From NCBI GenBank assembly GCA_963668645.2, contig CAXXWC010000010.1, positions 288,001-352,000 of the forward strand: 64,000 nt of DNA, written 5' to 3'. The notes below the pieces were generated by a model. That model did no database searches and was not told where the DNA came from. It saw only the letters and a program-made list of their open reading frames with translations. Origin of the DNA: Desulfobacterales bacterium. GTDB lineage: Bacteria; Desulfobacterota; Desulfobacteria; Desulfobacterales; UBA2174. This document shows, piece by piece, positions 30,028-39,567 of this stretch (position 1 is the stretch's first letter; each line of letters starts with the position of its first letter). The translations under genes were made by a program, and so were the position numbers.

Positions 30028-31554
30028 ATGAAGAAGTTAATTGTCGACATACAAAGCCTGGGGGTTCACCCTCCGAATGGGCTGTCTTGCGGCATGTCGC
30101 GCAACGGCGGTGCCGGACCGGCAGAGGGCCGTTCCCTGCTCTTTAACGGCGTTGCCGTCAATGTGCCGATGCATGCCCACTACGTTGCCGGTTCTCCTTA
30201 CCGGCTTCAGTGGGACCGAGACGGACTCGGCCTTTACCGGGGCAATCGATTCATTTGCCCGGTTACCGCCGTTGACCGGCCTGAATTCTACGACCGGAAA
30301 ACCGGCGACGGCGTTTTGTATTCAAAGATCGCCCTGCTTCACGGCAAATCCTGCCTGGCCTCCACCGTTATTCAGGACTGCGTTTATTGGGGAACCCCCC
30401 GGCAGTGCCGATTCTGTGCCACCGGCGTTTCTTTGGCAGGGGGGGGTACCGTTGCCCGGAAAACCCCGGCGCAACTGGCTGAGGTGGCCATTTCTGCCGC
30501 CAAAGAGGGGATCTGTCATATCGTGCTGACCTCCGGCACCGCGGGCGCAGATGGCGAACTGCAACACCTGGCCGATTGCGCGCGCGCCGTGCGGGACGCG
30601 GTCGATTTGCCGGTGCATGTCCAGTTTGCACCGCCCCGGGACCTGGGATGGATCCAGGCGCTGTGCGACAGCGGGGTCGACACTGCCGGCATTCATCTGG
30701 AAAGCTTCGATCCCGCAGTGCTCCGGCAAGTGGCGCCGGCAAAGGCCGCACTCGGCCAAGCTCGCTACAGGGCGGCCTGGCAAAAGGCCGTTTCGGTGTT
30801 CGGCCCGAACCAGGTGAGCAGCTTTCTCATTGTGGGGCTGGGAGAATCCCCGGAGTCGGTGGTGGCAGGAAGCGAGGTGATGGCGGATCTGGGGGTGTAC
30901 CCTTTTGTGGTACCGCTACGGCCGACGCCCGGCTCCCGGATGGCGGGATGCCGGCCGCCGCCGCCAGCGGTCATGGACCGGATCTACGCGCAGGTGGTGG
31001 ATATCCTGAAAAAAACCGGGCTTTCTGCCGGACGGCACCGGGCCGGCTGCGTCCGTTGCGGGGCCTGTTCGGCGCTGCCGTTTTACGAGCAGCCCGCCGC
31101 GCGGCTCAATTGTCATATCGCCCGGACACCGGAAGAGATGGACCGGGCCTTTTCCATCCGGCAAGAGGTGTTTGTCAAGGAACAGGCTCTTTTTACCGGC
31201 AGCGACATCGATGAAAACGATCCGTGCAGCACGCATCTGGTCTGCGAGCAGGACGGCCGGGTAATCGGGACGGTGCGGGTGTATCCGGTCAACGGTGATG
31301 GACACTGGGTCGGCGGGCGCCTGGCCGTGGAAAAGGGCCACCGGTCCTATCATGCCGGGGCGCTTTTGGTCCGTGAGGCCATGAAACGTGTCAAGCGGCA
31401 CGGCTGCCGGAAGTTTACCGCCCAGATCCAGATGCGCAACGTCTCCTTTTTTATCCGGCTCGGCTGGCGGCCGGTGGGGGCGCCGGCGCTTCATCTGGGC
31501 GCGCTCCATCAAGCCATGGAAGCCGATCTGGACCGGCTGCCCGGCAAGCGGTGA
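30028..31554 (+). CDS. Radical SAM (MSMEG_0568/NitD-like) protein fused to a GNAT domain
   Basis: GGAGP, LASTVIQDC-x8-CRFC, VYPFVVPLRP and GCVRCGACS, followed by GNAT motifs (IRQEVFVKEQ, WVGGRLAV, FFIRLGW). Confidence 0.88.
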   Translation: MKKLIVDIQSLGVHPPNGLSCGMSRNGGAGPAEGRSLLFNGVAVNVPMHAHYVAGSPYRLQWDRDGLGLYRGNRFICPVTAVDRPEFYDRKTGDGVLYSKIALLHGKSCLASTVIQDCVYWGTPRQCRFCATGVSLAGGGTVARKTPAQLAEVAISAAKEGICHIVLTSGTAGADGELQHLADCARAVRDAVDLPVHVQFAPPRDLGWIQALCDSGVDTAGIHLESFDPAVLRQVAPAKAALGQARYRAAWQKAVSVFGPNQVSSFLIVGLGESPESVVAGSEVMADLGVYPFVVPLRPTPGSRMAGCRPPPPAVMDRIYAQVVDILKKTGLSAGRHRAGCVRCGACSALPFYEQPAARLNCHIARTPEEMDRAFSIRQEVFVKEQALFTGSDIDENDPCSTHLVCEQDGRVIGTVRVYPVNGDGHWVGGRLAVEKGHRSYHAGALLVREAMKRVKRHGCRKFTAQIQMRNVSFFIRLGWRPVGAPALHLGALHQAMEADLDRLPGKR

Positions 31555-31627
31555 CGTGCCCTGCGCCATCACCGGCATTGACCGGGCACCTTGAAAAGTT
31601 CACACGATTCAAAGGGAGGTTTATTTC

Positions 31628-32611
31628 TTGGAACGTATCGGTGATATTGTCGCTTCGATTCGCAGTTACGTCGGTTTGTTGCGGAAAAAGCCGATCCTTG
31701 GGGTTGTCGAGCAGCTCCAATCCACCCAGGTTTACGGAAAACAGCTTCCCAGCTACGGAGACGACGCCGCTGCCATTCCCTGGCAGGACGGCTATCTGCT
31801 GCTGGCCGCAGACGGGCTCATGACCGAACTTTTGATCAACGAGCCGTATGCAGCCGGAAAGGCGTCGGTCATGGTGACGGTCAACGATATCTATTCGATG
31901 GGCGGGCGTCCGCTGGCGTTGGTCAACGTTCTGGCCAGCGGTCATCCGGTTCAGCGCCAGGATATTGTCAAGGGGATCGAAAAGGGATGCCATAAGCTGC
32001 GCGTGCCCATGGTCGGGGGGCATTTGCATCCCGATGCGTCCGTGGAAACCCCCGCCCTGAGCGTCGCGATATTGGGCTTTGCCCGCAAGCTGCTGCGCAG
32101 CCACCTGGCGGCGGCCGGCGATGATCTTATCCTGGCCGTCGATCTCGAAGGCCGGTTGGGCTGCCGCTCGGTGACGAGCTGGGATGCCAATTCGGGCAAA
32201 ACAAGCGAACAGTTATGCCACCGGCTTGAGAGCATGCCGGAAATTGCCGAAAAAAAGCTGGCGGTTGCCGCCAAAGACATCAGCAATGCCGGTATCGTCG
32301 GCACCATGGCCATCATGATGGAAAATTCCAACAAGGGCGCCGTCATCGATCTGGATGCGCTTCCCCGGCCCGGCTCCCTCGGGCTGGCGCACTGGCTGCA
32401 CTGTTTCCAGAGCTTCGGTTTCGTTCTAGCCGCAGCACCGCAAAACACATCTGAAATCATTAATGTCTTTAAAGATCACGAAATCACTGCGCGCCGTGTG
32501 GGCACCGTGAAGGCAGAACCGGTGGTGTCCCTGACGATGAATGGAAAGACAATGCAGGCATTTGATTTCAGGCACGAAGCCATTACCGGGATTCGATGTC
32601 TTCTGGCATGA
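31628..32611 (+). CDS. AIR-synthase (PurM)-like protein, sll0787/NitF-like
   Basis: GDDAAA, LLAADG, NDIYSMGGRP, VGGHLH, KDISNAGIVG. Confidence 0.88.
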   Translation: MERIGDIVASIRSYVGLLRKKPILGVVEQLQSTQVYGKQLPSYGDDAAAIPWQDGYLLLAADGLMTELLINEPYAAGKASVMVTVNDIYSMGGRPLALVNVLASGHPVQRQDIVKGIEKGCHKLRVPMVGGHLHPDASVETPALSVAILGFARKLLRSHLAAAGDDLILAVDLEGRLGCRSVTSWDANSGKTSEQLCHRLESMPEIAEKKLAVAAKDISNAGIVGTMAIMMENSNKGAVIDLDALPRPGSLGLAHWLHCFQSFGFVLAAAPQNTSEIINVFKDHEITARRVGTVKAEPVVSLTMNGKTMQAFDFRHEAITGIRCLLA

Positions 32612-33423
32612 ACACAAACGGCGCCCCCGCATCCATGGGGGGCAAAAAAGCTGCGAAATCGATTCGGCCATTGGCCCGGCAATGGATCCCCCTGGCAGTG
32701 GTGCTGGGACTTTGGCAGATGATTTGCTCGACGCATCTGATTTCGCCTGTCAAGCTGCCATCGCCGCTTTCGGTTGTAAGGGGCCTGCAGGATCTCATTC
32801 AGTTGGGAATGCCCCCGGGCCACCCGCTGCATCTGCATGTGCTCCACAGCCTGTTTCGGATTGCCTACGGCTACGCGGTTGCCGTGGCGGTCGGCCTGCC
32901 TCTGGGCGTTTTGATGGGATGGTCGCGTTTTTTGCGGCAATCTTTGGAGCCTGTTATTGAAGCCATTCGCCCCATCCCTCCCCTGGCCTGGATTCCCATC
33001 GCGATTCTCTGGTTCGGAATCGGCATTCATTCAGCGTCTTTTATCATCTTTCTGGGGGCCTTTTTTCCCATCTTGCTCAACACCACCTCCGGCGTTCAAC
33101 GGGTCGATCCGCTGCTGATCGATGCGGCCCGAACGTTGAACGCTTCCTGCCGGGACATTTTGTTCAAGGTGCTGCTTCCCGGAGCGATTCCATCCATCGT
33201 TACCGGCTTGCGAATCGGACTCGGGACCGGTTGGATGACCCTGGTGGCGGCAGAGTTTACCGGTGTCAAAAAAGGATACGGGTTGGGCTACATGATCATG
33301 ACCGCCAGGGAAATTCAGCGCCCCGATGAAATTGTCGCCGGCATGCTGGTGATCGGTGCCATCGGCCTGCTCATCGATCACAGCATCCGCTGGGCAGAGT
33401 CGAGGTGGGTGAAATGGCGCTGA
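32596..33423 (+). CDS. ABC transporter permease, SsuC/TauC-like
   Basis: RPIPPLAWIP, DAARTL, GWMTLVAAE, GLGYMI. Confidence 0.92.
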   Translation: MSSGMNTNGAPASMGGKKAAKSIRPLARQWIPLAVVLGLWQMICSTHLISPVKLPSPLSVVRGLQDLIQLGMPPGHPLHLHVLHSLFRIAYGYAVAVAVGLPLGVLMGWSRFLRQSLEPVIEAIRPIPPLAWIPIAILWFGIGIHSASFIIFLGAFFPILLNTTSGVQRVDPLLIDAARTLNASCRDILFKVLLPGAIPSIVTGLRIGLGTGWMTLVAAEFTGVKKGYGLGYMIMTAREIQRPDEIVAGMLVIGAIGLLIDHSIRWAESRWVKWR

Positions 33424-34175
33424 GCCTCACGCTTTTGGGGCTGGACAAAGTTTACCCGGACAGCTCCGGCAACGATTCGAGAAGGATATTTGAACCGATC
33501 GACTTTGAAATCAAAGAGGGAGAATTTTTATCCATCATCGGTCCGAGCGGCTGCGGCAAAACGACCCTGCTGCGCATTATCGCCGGCCTGGAGACGCCCA
33601 CCGCCGGAGAAGTGCGCATCAACGGGACGCCCATCGCCGGTGTGGACCACCGCGTCGGAATGGTATTTCAAGAGTATGCGCTCTACCCTTGGCGTACGGC
33701 CTTTCAAAACATTGCCCTAGGCCTTGAAATTCAGGGCGTCCCGTGCAGGCAGCGCCGGCAGTTGGTTCACCGCTATATCGAAGCCTTCGGTCTGGGCGGA
33801 TTCGAAAATGAATATCCCCGCAAGCTTTCAGGCGGCATGCGCCAGCGGGTAGCCATTGCCCGCACCCTGATTACCCGGCCTCAGATCGTTCTCATGGACG
33901 AGCCGTTCGGGTCTCTGGACAGCCAAACACGGAACGATCTTCAGGAATTTTTATTAATGGTGTGGGGCGACCAGCGGGAAACCATCGTGTTCGTCACCCA
34001 CAATGTGGATGAGGCCGTTTTCCTGAGCGACCGGATTATCATCCTTTCCAGGCGCCCTGCCCGCATTTTGGACGTCGTCAATATTGAAATCCCCCGCCCG
34101 CGGGACAGAACCGGCAGAGAATCGAACCGGTTCCGCCGGCAGATTCTCCAACTGCTGGCGCGACATCAACAATGA
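33405..34175 (+). CDS. ABC transporter ATP-binding protein, SsuB/TauB-like
   Basis: GPSGCGKTT, LSGGMRQR, LMDEPF, VTH. Confidence 0.95.
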   Translation: MGEMALSLTLLGLDKVYPDSSGNDSRRIFEPIDFEIKEGEFLSIIGPSGCGKTTLLRIIAGLETPTAGEVRINGTPIAGVDHRVGMVFQEYALYPWRTAFQNIALGLEIQGVPCRQRRQLVHRYIEAFGLGGFENEYPRKLSGGMRQRVAIARTLITRPQIVLMDEPFGSLDSQTRNDLQEFLLMVWGDQRETIVFVTHNVDEAVFLSDRIIILSRRPARILDVVNIEIPRPRDRTGRESNRFRRQILQLLARHQQ

Positions 34176-34200
34176 GGCCGAACGCCGTTTTGCTTCGAGG

Positions 34201-34341
34201 CTACCTCCGGGATAGAAACAGCAGGCAGGCGATAACGACGCTTACGGTCAAAAGAAGTCCTGAAACCACTTCAGGAGAAAAAAGTGACGTCAAGACAGCG
34301 ACCGTACTTCCCACCGCGATGGCGCTTTGACCGCTGGTCAT
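34201..34341 (-). CDS. Small hydrophobic peptide (46 aa)
   Basis: AAGGAGG RBS before ATG 34341. Two short hydrophobic stretches ending RR. Confidence 0.55.
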   Translation of the reverse strand: MTSGQSAIAVGSTVAVLTSLFSPEVVSGLLLTVSVVIACLLFLSRR

Positions 34342-34440
34342 CTTTTCCTCCTTTGCTGCCGCGGCCCGGCTGCCCGCACCGGCCCTGGTCGGATCCACCC
34401 CGCAGCGTTAAACGGACCCATCTGAGCGCTGCCGCGCTGG

Positions 34441-36404
34441 CTTGGGTTTGGGATTTGTAGGCAAAAAACACCTCCGAAATTCGGCTCTTCCCAAATTCGC
34501 ACCCAATAAAAACAATTAGTTACAAAAAATCGAGCCGTTTTTTGAGCCCAAATGCTGTAGGCACACGAATTTGCGGTTTAGGCCTTGACATAAAATATTT
34601 CAAACGCTATGTGAGTAAGCATGTACCTGCGAATCACAAAGCGCACCAATAAGGACGGCTCAACGGTCGAATACTTCCAACTGGCCCACAACGAGCGCGA
34701 TCCCAAAACCCGCAAGCCGGTCGCCAAAATCATCCACAACTTCGGGCGCACCGATCAACTCGATCGCGCTCAACTTGTGCGCCTGTGCCGATCCATCGCA
34801 CGGGTCTGCGGCCTGACCGTCACCGATCCGCTCGAAAACGACCAGGCGGTCTCGGCACTGGCTGACAGCCTCAAAATTCAAGAAACCCTCGCCTTCGGCT
34901 GCCCGCTGGTTATCGAAACCCTCTGGGAACAGTTGGGGCTTCGAAAGACCTTGGCCGACATCGTCAAGGCCAAAGGGGTCCGCATCAACTACGAACGGGC
35001 CCTATTGGCCATGACCGCCAACCGGCTCTGTGAGCCTGAATCCAAGCTGGGCGTCTGGGATCGCTGGCTGTCCACGGTTTACCTGCCGTCATGCGACGGG
35101 CTGAAGCTCGATCACATGTACGAGGCCATGGATCTGCTTCACGAACATGCGGCCGAGATCGAAAAAAACGTCTTTTTTCATACCGCCAACCTGTTCAACC
35201 TCACCGTGGATCTGATCTTCTACGACACCACCACGGCCTCGTTCCATGTCGACCAGGAAGATGACGGTGACCGGCACGCCAACGCCACAATGCGCAAGTT
35301 TGGCCGCAACAAGGAAGGCACTTGGTCGCCCCAAGTCGTCGTGGCCCTGGCCGTGACTCGCGAAGGCATCCCGGTGCGCAGTTGGGTGCTGCCGGGCAAC
35401 ACGGCCGATGTGGCCACCGTCGAAAAGATCCGCACCGATCTGCGGGGCTGGAATCTGGGCCGGGCCCTGTTTGTCGCCGACGCGGGCATGAATTCGCAGA
35501 CCAACCGCGAAGAATTGGCCCGGGCATGCGGCAAGTACCTTCTGGCCTGCCGGATGGCCAGCGTGGCCGAAATCAAACGCGATGTGCTGAGCAAACGCGG
35601 CCGCTACACCGTCATCCGAGACAACCTGCACGCAAAAGAAGTCATCGTTGGCGACGGCGAAAGGCGCAAGCGCTACATCCTGTGCTACAACCCCAAGGAA
35701 GCCAAACGCCAGCGGCTACACCGTGAAACGATCGTTCAGATGCTCGAAACCGAACTCGATCGGCACCCGGACCCATCGGCCACGGCTCAGTGGGCGATCG
35801 AGCTGTTGGCCTCGGCGCGCTTCAAGCGGTATCTGCGCATCACCAAGGGCAACCAGGTCCGAATCGACCGGGCGGCCATCAAGGCGGCGGCCAAGTACGA
35901 TGGCAAATGGGTGGTGGAAACCAACGACGATACCATCAGCCTTGAAGACGCCGTCTGCGGGTACAAAGGGTTGATGGTCATCGAGCGCTGCTTTCGCTCG
36001 CTCAAGCGCACCCAGATCAAGATGATGCCGATGTACCACTGGGCCTCGCGGCGCATTGAGGCCCATGTGAAGATCTGTGTGCTGGCGCTGATGATCGAGC
36101 GGGTGGCCGAACTCGAATGCGGCCTGCCCTGGCACCGAATTCGCCGGTCGCTGGACAAGCTGCAAGTCACAAAACTTTTCAATTTAAATTACCGTGTGCT
36201 TATGCGCAACGAGATCCCCGTGAAAACTGCCAACATACTGAAAGCGCTTAAAATCAAATCTCCGCAGCAGGTCCTTTCACTGGAAAATCGGCCCTAAAAA
36301 GGGGCGAAAATTGTAGACACACGCTGAATTTCATTCATCGCCACAGATGCGCGTCAGATAAGGGTTTGCTCCAATTCCGTGTTCCTACGTTTCCCAAACC
36401 CAAG
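34441..36404 (+). mobile_element. IS1634-family insertion sequence, complete
   Basis: TIRs CTTGGGTTTGGGA (34441-34453) and TCCCAAACCCAAG (36392-36404). 5-bp TSD GCTGG at 34436-34440 and 36405-36409. Confidence 0.92.
34621..36297 (+). CDS. IS1634-family DDE transposase
   Basis: IFYDTTT, FVADAGM, YKGLMVIERCFRSLK, PMYHW..RIEAHV.IC. Confidence 0.93.
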   Translation: MYLRITKRTNKDGSTVEYFQLAHNERDPKTRKPVAKIIHNFGRTDQLDRAQLVRLCRSIARVCGLTVTDPLENDQAVSALADSLKIQETLAFGCPLVIETLWEQLGLRKTLADIVKAKGVRINYERALLAMTANRLCEPESKLGVWDRWLSTVYLPSCDGLKLDHMYEAMDLLHEHAAEIEKNVFFHTANLFNLTVDLIFYDTTTASFHVDQEDDGDRHANATMRKFGRNKEGTWSPQVVVALAVTREGIPVRSWVLPGNTADVATVEKIRTDLRGWNLGRALFVADAGMNSQTNREELARACGKYLLACRMASVAEIKRDVLSKRGRYTVIRDNLHAKEVIVGDGERRKRYILCYNPKEAKRQRLHRETIVQMLETELDRHPDPSATAQWAIELLASARFKRYLRITKGNQVRIDRAAIKAAAKYDGKWVVETNDDTISLEDAVCGYKGLMVIERCFRSLKRTQIKMMPMYHWASRRIEAHVKICVLALMIERVAELECGLPWHRIRRSLDKLQVTKLFNLNYRVLMRNEIPVKTANILKALKIKSPQQVLSLENRP

Positions 36405-36461
36405 GCTGGGAAGTGTGGGCATTTGAAAGGGACCGAGCGGTCCGGGCATCGGCCGCTGAAA

Positions 36462-36483
36462 CCTGGGTTTGGGAAACGCAGGA
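36462..36483 (+). repeat. Extra, inverted copy of the IS1634 right end
   Basis: CCTGGGTTTGGGAAACGCAGGA matches the reverse complement of 36383-36404 at 20 of 22 positions. Confidence 0.8.
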
Positions 36484-36538
36484 TACTTGATTTCAACCGG
36501 TTGCGTTCCAGGAGATACCGGGCTCGGTGACGCTCGAC

Positions 36539-37270
36539 TCAAAAGGCCGAGCGGGCGTTCTTGGCGCGCTCTTTGGCCGCGGTGTCCGCCTCACGGACCA
36601 AAACGGTCTCGATGTTGGCCACGAAGTAGATGCGGATGAGGTACTCGGGCTGCCCCAACCGATTGCGCCGCGGCAGGACCACCAGACGGTCGCCCTGCTT
36701 TTCCCAGTGCAGTATGGGACCGGTGACATCCTCGATTTGCTGGGCAGGGCCATACTTTCCTTTGAGCACCTCGATGATTTCGGCGCCGGCCTGATTGGCG
36801 GTGATCTCAAAGTGCAGGGGGTGACCGGAGCCGGTATCGAAGACCAGGCGCACGGTTTCAAAGGCCGGGCTGGTCCGGCCGGGATAGCGGTACACCAGCT
36901 TGAGCACATCGTGCTCGACGCGCTCGCGGTAGTCCTTGTTGAGCCGCCGGTTGAGCCGGTCGAGGACCGGCAGATGCTCGGCCAGCAGCCGGCGCCCGTC
37001 CGAGGCCAGATCGAGGATGCCGCGCCGTTCCACCGCCACGGCCCCCAATTCGCCCTCGAGACGCCCGCGGATCGTGTCATCTATCACCGTGTTGCGACCC
37101 AGGTTGAAAAAAGTAAAACTTTCAGCCCGTCCGGCCGCCGGTGGCGAAGACTGGGCCCCCTCCTTGCCGCACCCGGTCAAGATGATCAGCCCGGCGATCA
37201 AAATAACGGTTATCCAGGCGGGAGAGAGGTCGAGGCGAGACTCGGCGCGATGGTGTTTTAACTGGTGCAA
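36539..37270 (-). CDS. Hypothetical lipoprotein
   Basis: Hydrophobic signal followed by lipobox LTGC. Lies downstream of lgt. Confidence 0.7.
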   Translation of the reverse strand: MHQLKHHRAESRLDLSPAWITVILIAGLIILTGCGKEGAQSSPPAAGRAESFTFFNLGRNTVIDDTIRGRLEGELGAVAVERRGILDLASDGRRLLAEHLPVLDRLNRRLNKDYRERVEHDVLKLVYRYPGRTSPAFETVRLVFDTGSGHPLHFEITANQAGAEIIEVLKGKYGPAQQIEDVTGPILHWEKQGDRLVVLPRRNRLGQPEYLIRIYFVANIETVLVREADTAAKERAKNARSAF

Positions 37271-37397
37271 AGCAACCCTCCGGTCAGTTCCCCATGGCTT
37301 GGCACTTTCGGTTCAACATACCATAGCCATCGAGTTTCGAACAACAACCGGGACCTCGGGCACGCATACAGCACCGGGATAAACAAATCCCGGGGCG

Positions 37398-38255
37398 TCA
37401 AACGCCCCCCGAGAGCCGGTCCATGCGCCGATAGTGAAAATAGAGTCCCACCCCGGCGCCGATCATCCCCAGGCAGAGCAGTTGTCCCATGGAAAAGCTC
37501 AGTAAAACGAAACCGAGATGGGCATCCGGTTCGCGAAAATATTCGATGAAGAACCGCACCACGCCGTAGCCGGTAAGGTAGAAGGCCAGCATGGCGCCCC
37601 GGGTTGAAACCCGGCGCCGCAGCCCCCATAAAACCACAAAAAGCATCAACCCCTCGAAGAAGGCTTCGTACAATTGGGAGGGGTGGCGCAGCGCCATCTC
37701 CGGGGCCGCCGGGAAATACATCCCCACCGGCAGTTGGGTGATGCGCCCGAACAGCTCTCCGTTGATGAAGTTGCCCAGACGGCCGAAGGTATAACCCAGG
37801 GGAACGGCCGGGGCGAAAAGATCGGCCACTTCGCGGTAGTCGATCCCCTTGCGCCGGACGTAAAACCAGACGCCCAGCAGCACGGCGATCAGTCCGCCGT
37901 GAAACGACATCCCGGCAATCCCGGTAAACTCGAATCCCCCGGCCAGGCGGAAGGGAAGAATAATCTCCAGCGGATGGCGCAGGTAATAGTGCAGATTGTA
38001 AAACAGGACATATCCGAGCCGGCCGCCCACGATGACGCCCACGATCATGACCGTAAACAGGTCCTGGACCTGCTCCAGGCTCAGGCCGAAGCGTGTTTCG
38101 GTGCGCAGCCGGCGGCGCACCAGCAGGTAGGTGCATCCAAAGGCCAGAAGGTACATCAGACCGTAGTACTGCACGCGAAAGCCGCCGATCTGAAACAAAA
38201 CCGGGTTCATGCCGGAAGGCAAATGCTGCCACCAGCGCCAAAACTCGGCGGTCAT
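37398..38255 (-). CDS. lgt: Prolipoprotein diacylglyceryl transferase
   Basis: YGLMY, GGRLGYVLFY, GMSFHGG, GRLGNFINGEL.GR, HPSQLYEA, EYFREPD. Confidence 0.97.
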   Translation of the reverse strand: MTAEFWRWWQHLPSGMNPVLFQIGGFRVQYYGLMYLLAFGCTYLLVRRRLRTETRFGLSLEQVQDLFTVMIVGVIVGGRLGYVLFYNLHYYLRHPLEIILPFRLAGGFEFTGIAGMSFHGGLIAVLLGVWFYVRRKGIDYREVADLFAPAVPLGYTFGRLGNFINGELFGRITQLPVGMYFPAAPEMALRHPSQLYEAFFEGLMLFVVLWGLRRRVSTRGAMLAFYLTGYGVVRFFIEYFREPDAHLGFVLLSFSMGQLLCLGMIGAGVGLYFHYRRMDRLSGGV

Positions 38256-38289
38256 AAACGCCTCGCTTCCTTTTCATAGCGCAAGCTTG

Positions 38290-39534
38290 TCAATAGAGAA
38301 TGCCCACCACGCATCCGGTCATGGCGGTGGCCAGGGTCCCGGCCACGATGCTGCGCAGTCCCAGGGCCACGATTTCGTCCCGTCGCTCCGGCGCCATGGT
38401 GCTCAGCCCGCCGATCATGATCCCCAGACTGCCCGGGTTGGCGAATCCGCACATGGCATAGGTCATGATCAGCGTGCTGCGTTCGCTTAGGGTCCCCGGC
38501 GCCAGACGGCTAAGATCCAGATAGGCGATGAATTCGTTGAGAATCGTCTTTGTGCCCATCAGCACCGCGGCGCTGGGAGCCTCGGCCCAGGGCACCCCCA
38601 TGAGCCACACCAGGGGGGCCATGATCCACCCGAGCATCCGCTGCAGGCTCAGCTGCGCTCCGGCCACTGCGGGCAAAAGCCCCAGCATCAAATTGACCAG
38701 ATGCACCAGGGCCACCAGCACCACCAGCATGGCTGCGATGTTGATGACCAGCCCCACACCCTGGATGGTGCCCCGGGTAACGGCGTCCATGCTCGAACGG
38801 GCCGGATCCGGGTCGGTGAGGGCACCGGGAGTCAGGGGACGGGTTTCAGGGATCATGATCTTGGCCATGGTCACCGCAGCGGGCATGCTGATGATCGAGG
38901 CCGTCAGGATGTGGCCCATCACGTCGGGGATCGCATCCGAAAGGATGCTGGCGTACAGAACCATCACGGTGCCGGCGATGGTGGCCATGCCGCTGGTCAT
39001 GAGGGTGAATATCTCCGAGCGCGTCATGTGGGCCAGGTAGGGACGCACCAGCAACGGGGCCTCCACCATACCGACAAAAACATTGGCCGCCACCGCCACG
39101 CCTTCGGTCCCCCCGATCCCCAGGCTCTTTTGCAGGACCCGGGCAAAACCGCGCACCACCAGGGGCAGAATCCGCCAGTGGAACAGCAGGGCCGACAACG
39201 CGCTCATCACAACGATCAGGGGCAGGCCCTGAAACCCGAGGATGTAGCTGCTGCCGGGAAACTTTTCATCGAAGGGCAGTTCCCCGCCCCCGATGTAGCC
39301 GAAGACGAAGGCGGTGCCGGCTCGGGTGGCCTCTTCGAGAGATAGCACCAGGCGGTTGAGCATCAGGAAAAGATCCTGGAACAACGGCACCTTGATCAAT
39401 ACCAGACCCACCGCCAGCTGCAGCAGAATCCCCGCCAGGATGGTCCGCAGGCGCACCTTGCGCCGGCCCTCGCTCAAGGCCCAGGCGATGGCGCTGAAGG
39501 CGATCAGCCCCAGAAAACTTTGCAAAATGGACAA
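38290..39534 (-). CDS. CNT/NupC family nucleoside:cation symporter
   Basis: ANVFVGMVEAPL, GMATIAG, GTKTILNEFIAY, CGFANPGS. Confidence 0.93.
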   Translation of the reverse strand: MSILQSFLGLIAFSAIAWALSEGRRKVRLRTILAGILLQLAVGLVLIKVPLFQDLFLMLNRLVLSLEEATRAGTAFVFGYIGGGELPFDEKFPGSSYILGFQGLPLIVVMSALSALLFHWRILPLVVRGFARVLQKSLGIGGTEGVAVAANVFVGMVEAPLLVRPYLAHMTRSEIFTLMTSGMATIAGTVMVLYASILSDAIPDVMGHILTASIISMPAAVTMAKIMIPETRPLTPGALTDPDPARSSMDAVTRGTIQGVGLVINIAAMLVVLVALVHLVNLMLGLLPAVAGAQLSLQRMLGWIMAPLVWLMGVPWAEAPSAAVLMGTKTILNEFIAYLDLSRLAPGTLSERSTLIMTYAMCGFANPGSLGIMIGGLSTMAPERRDEIVALGLRSIVAGTLATAMTGCVVGILY

Positions 39535-39567
39535 GATATCCCCTTTAGCAATCCGGAATGACCGCGA

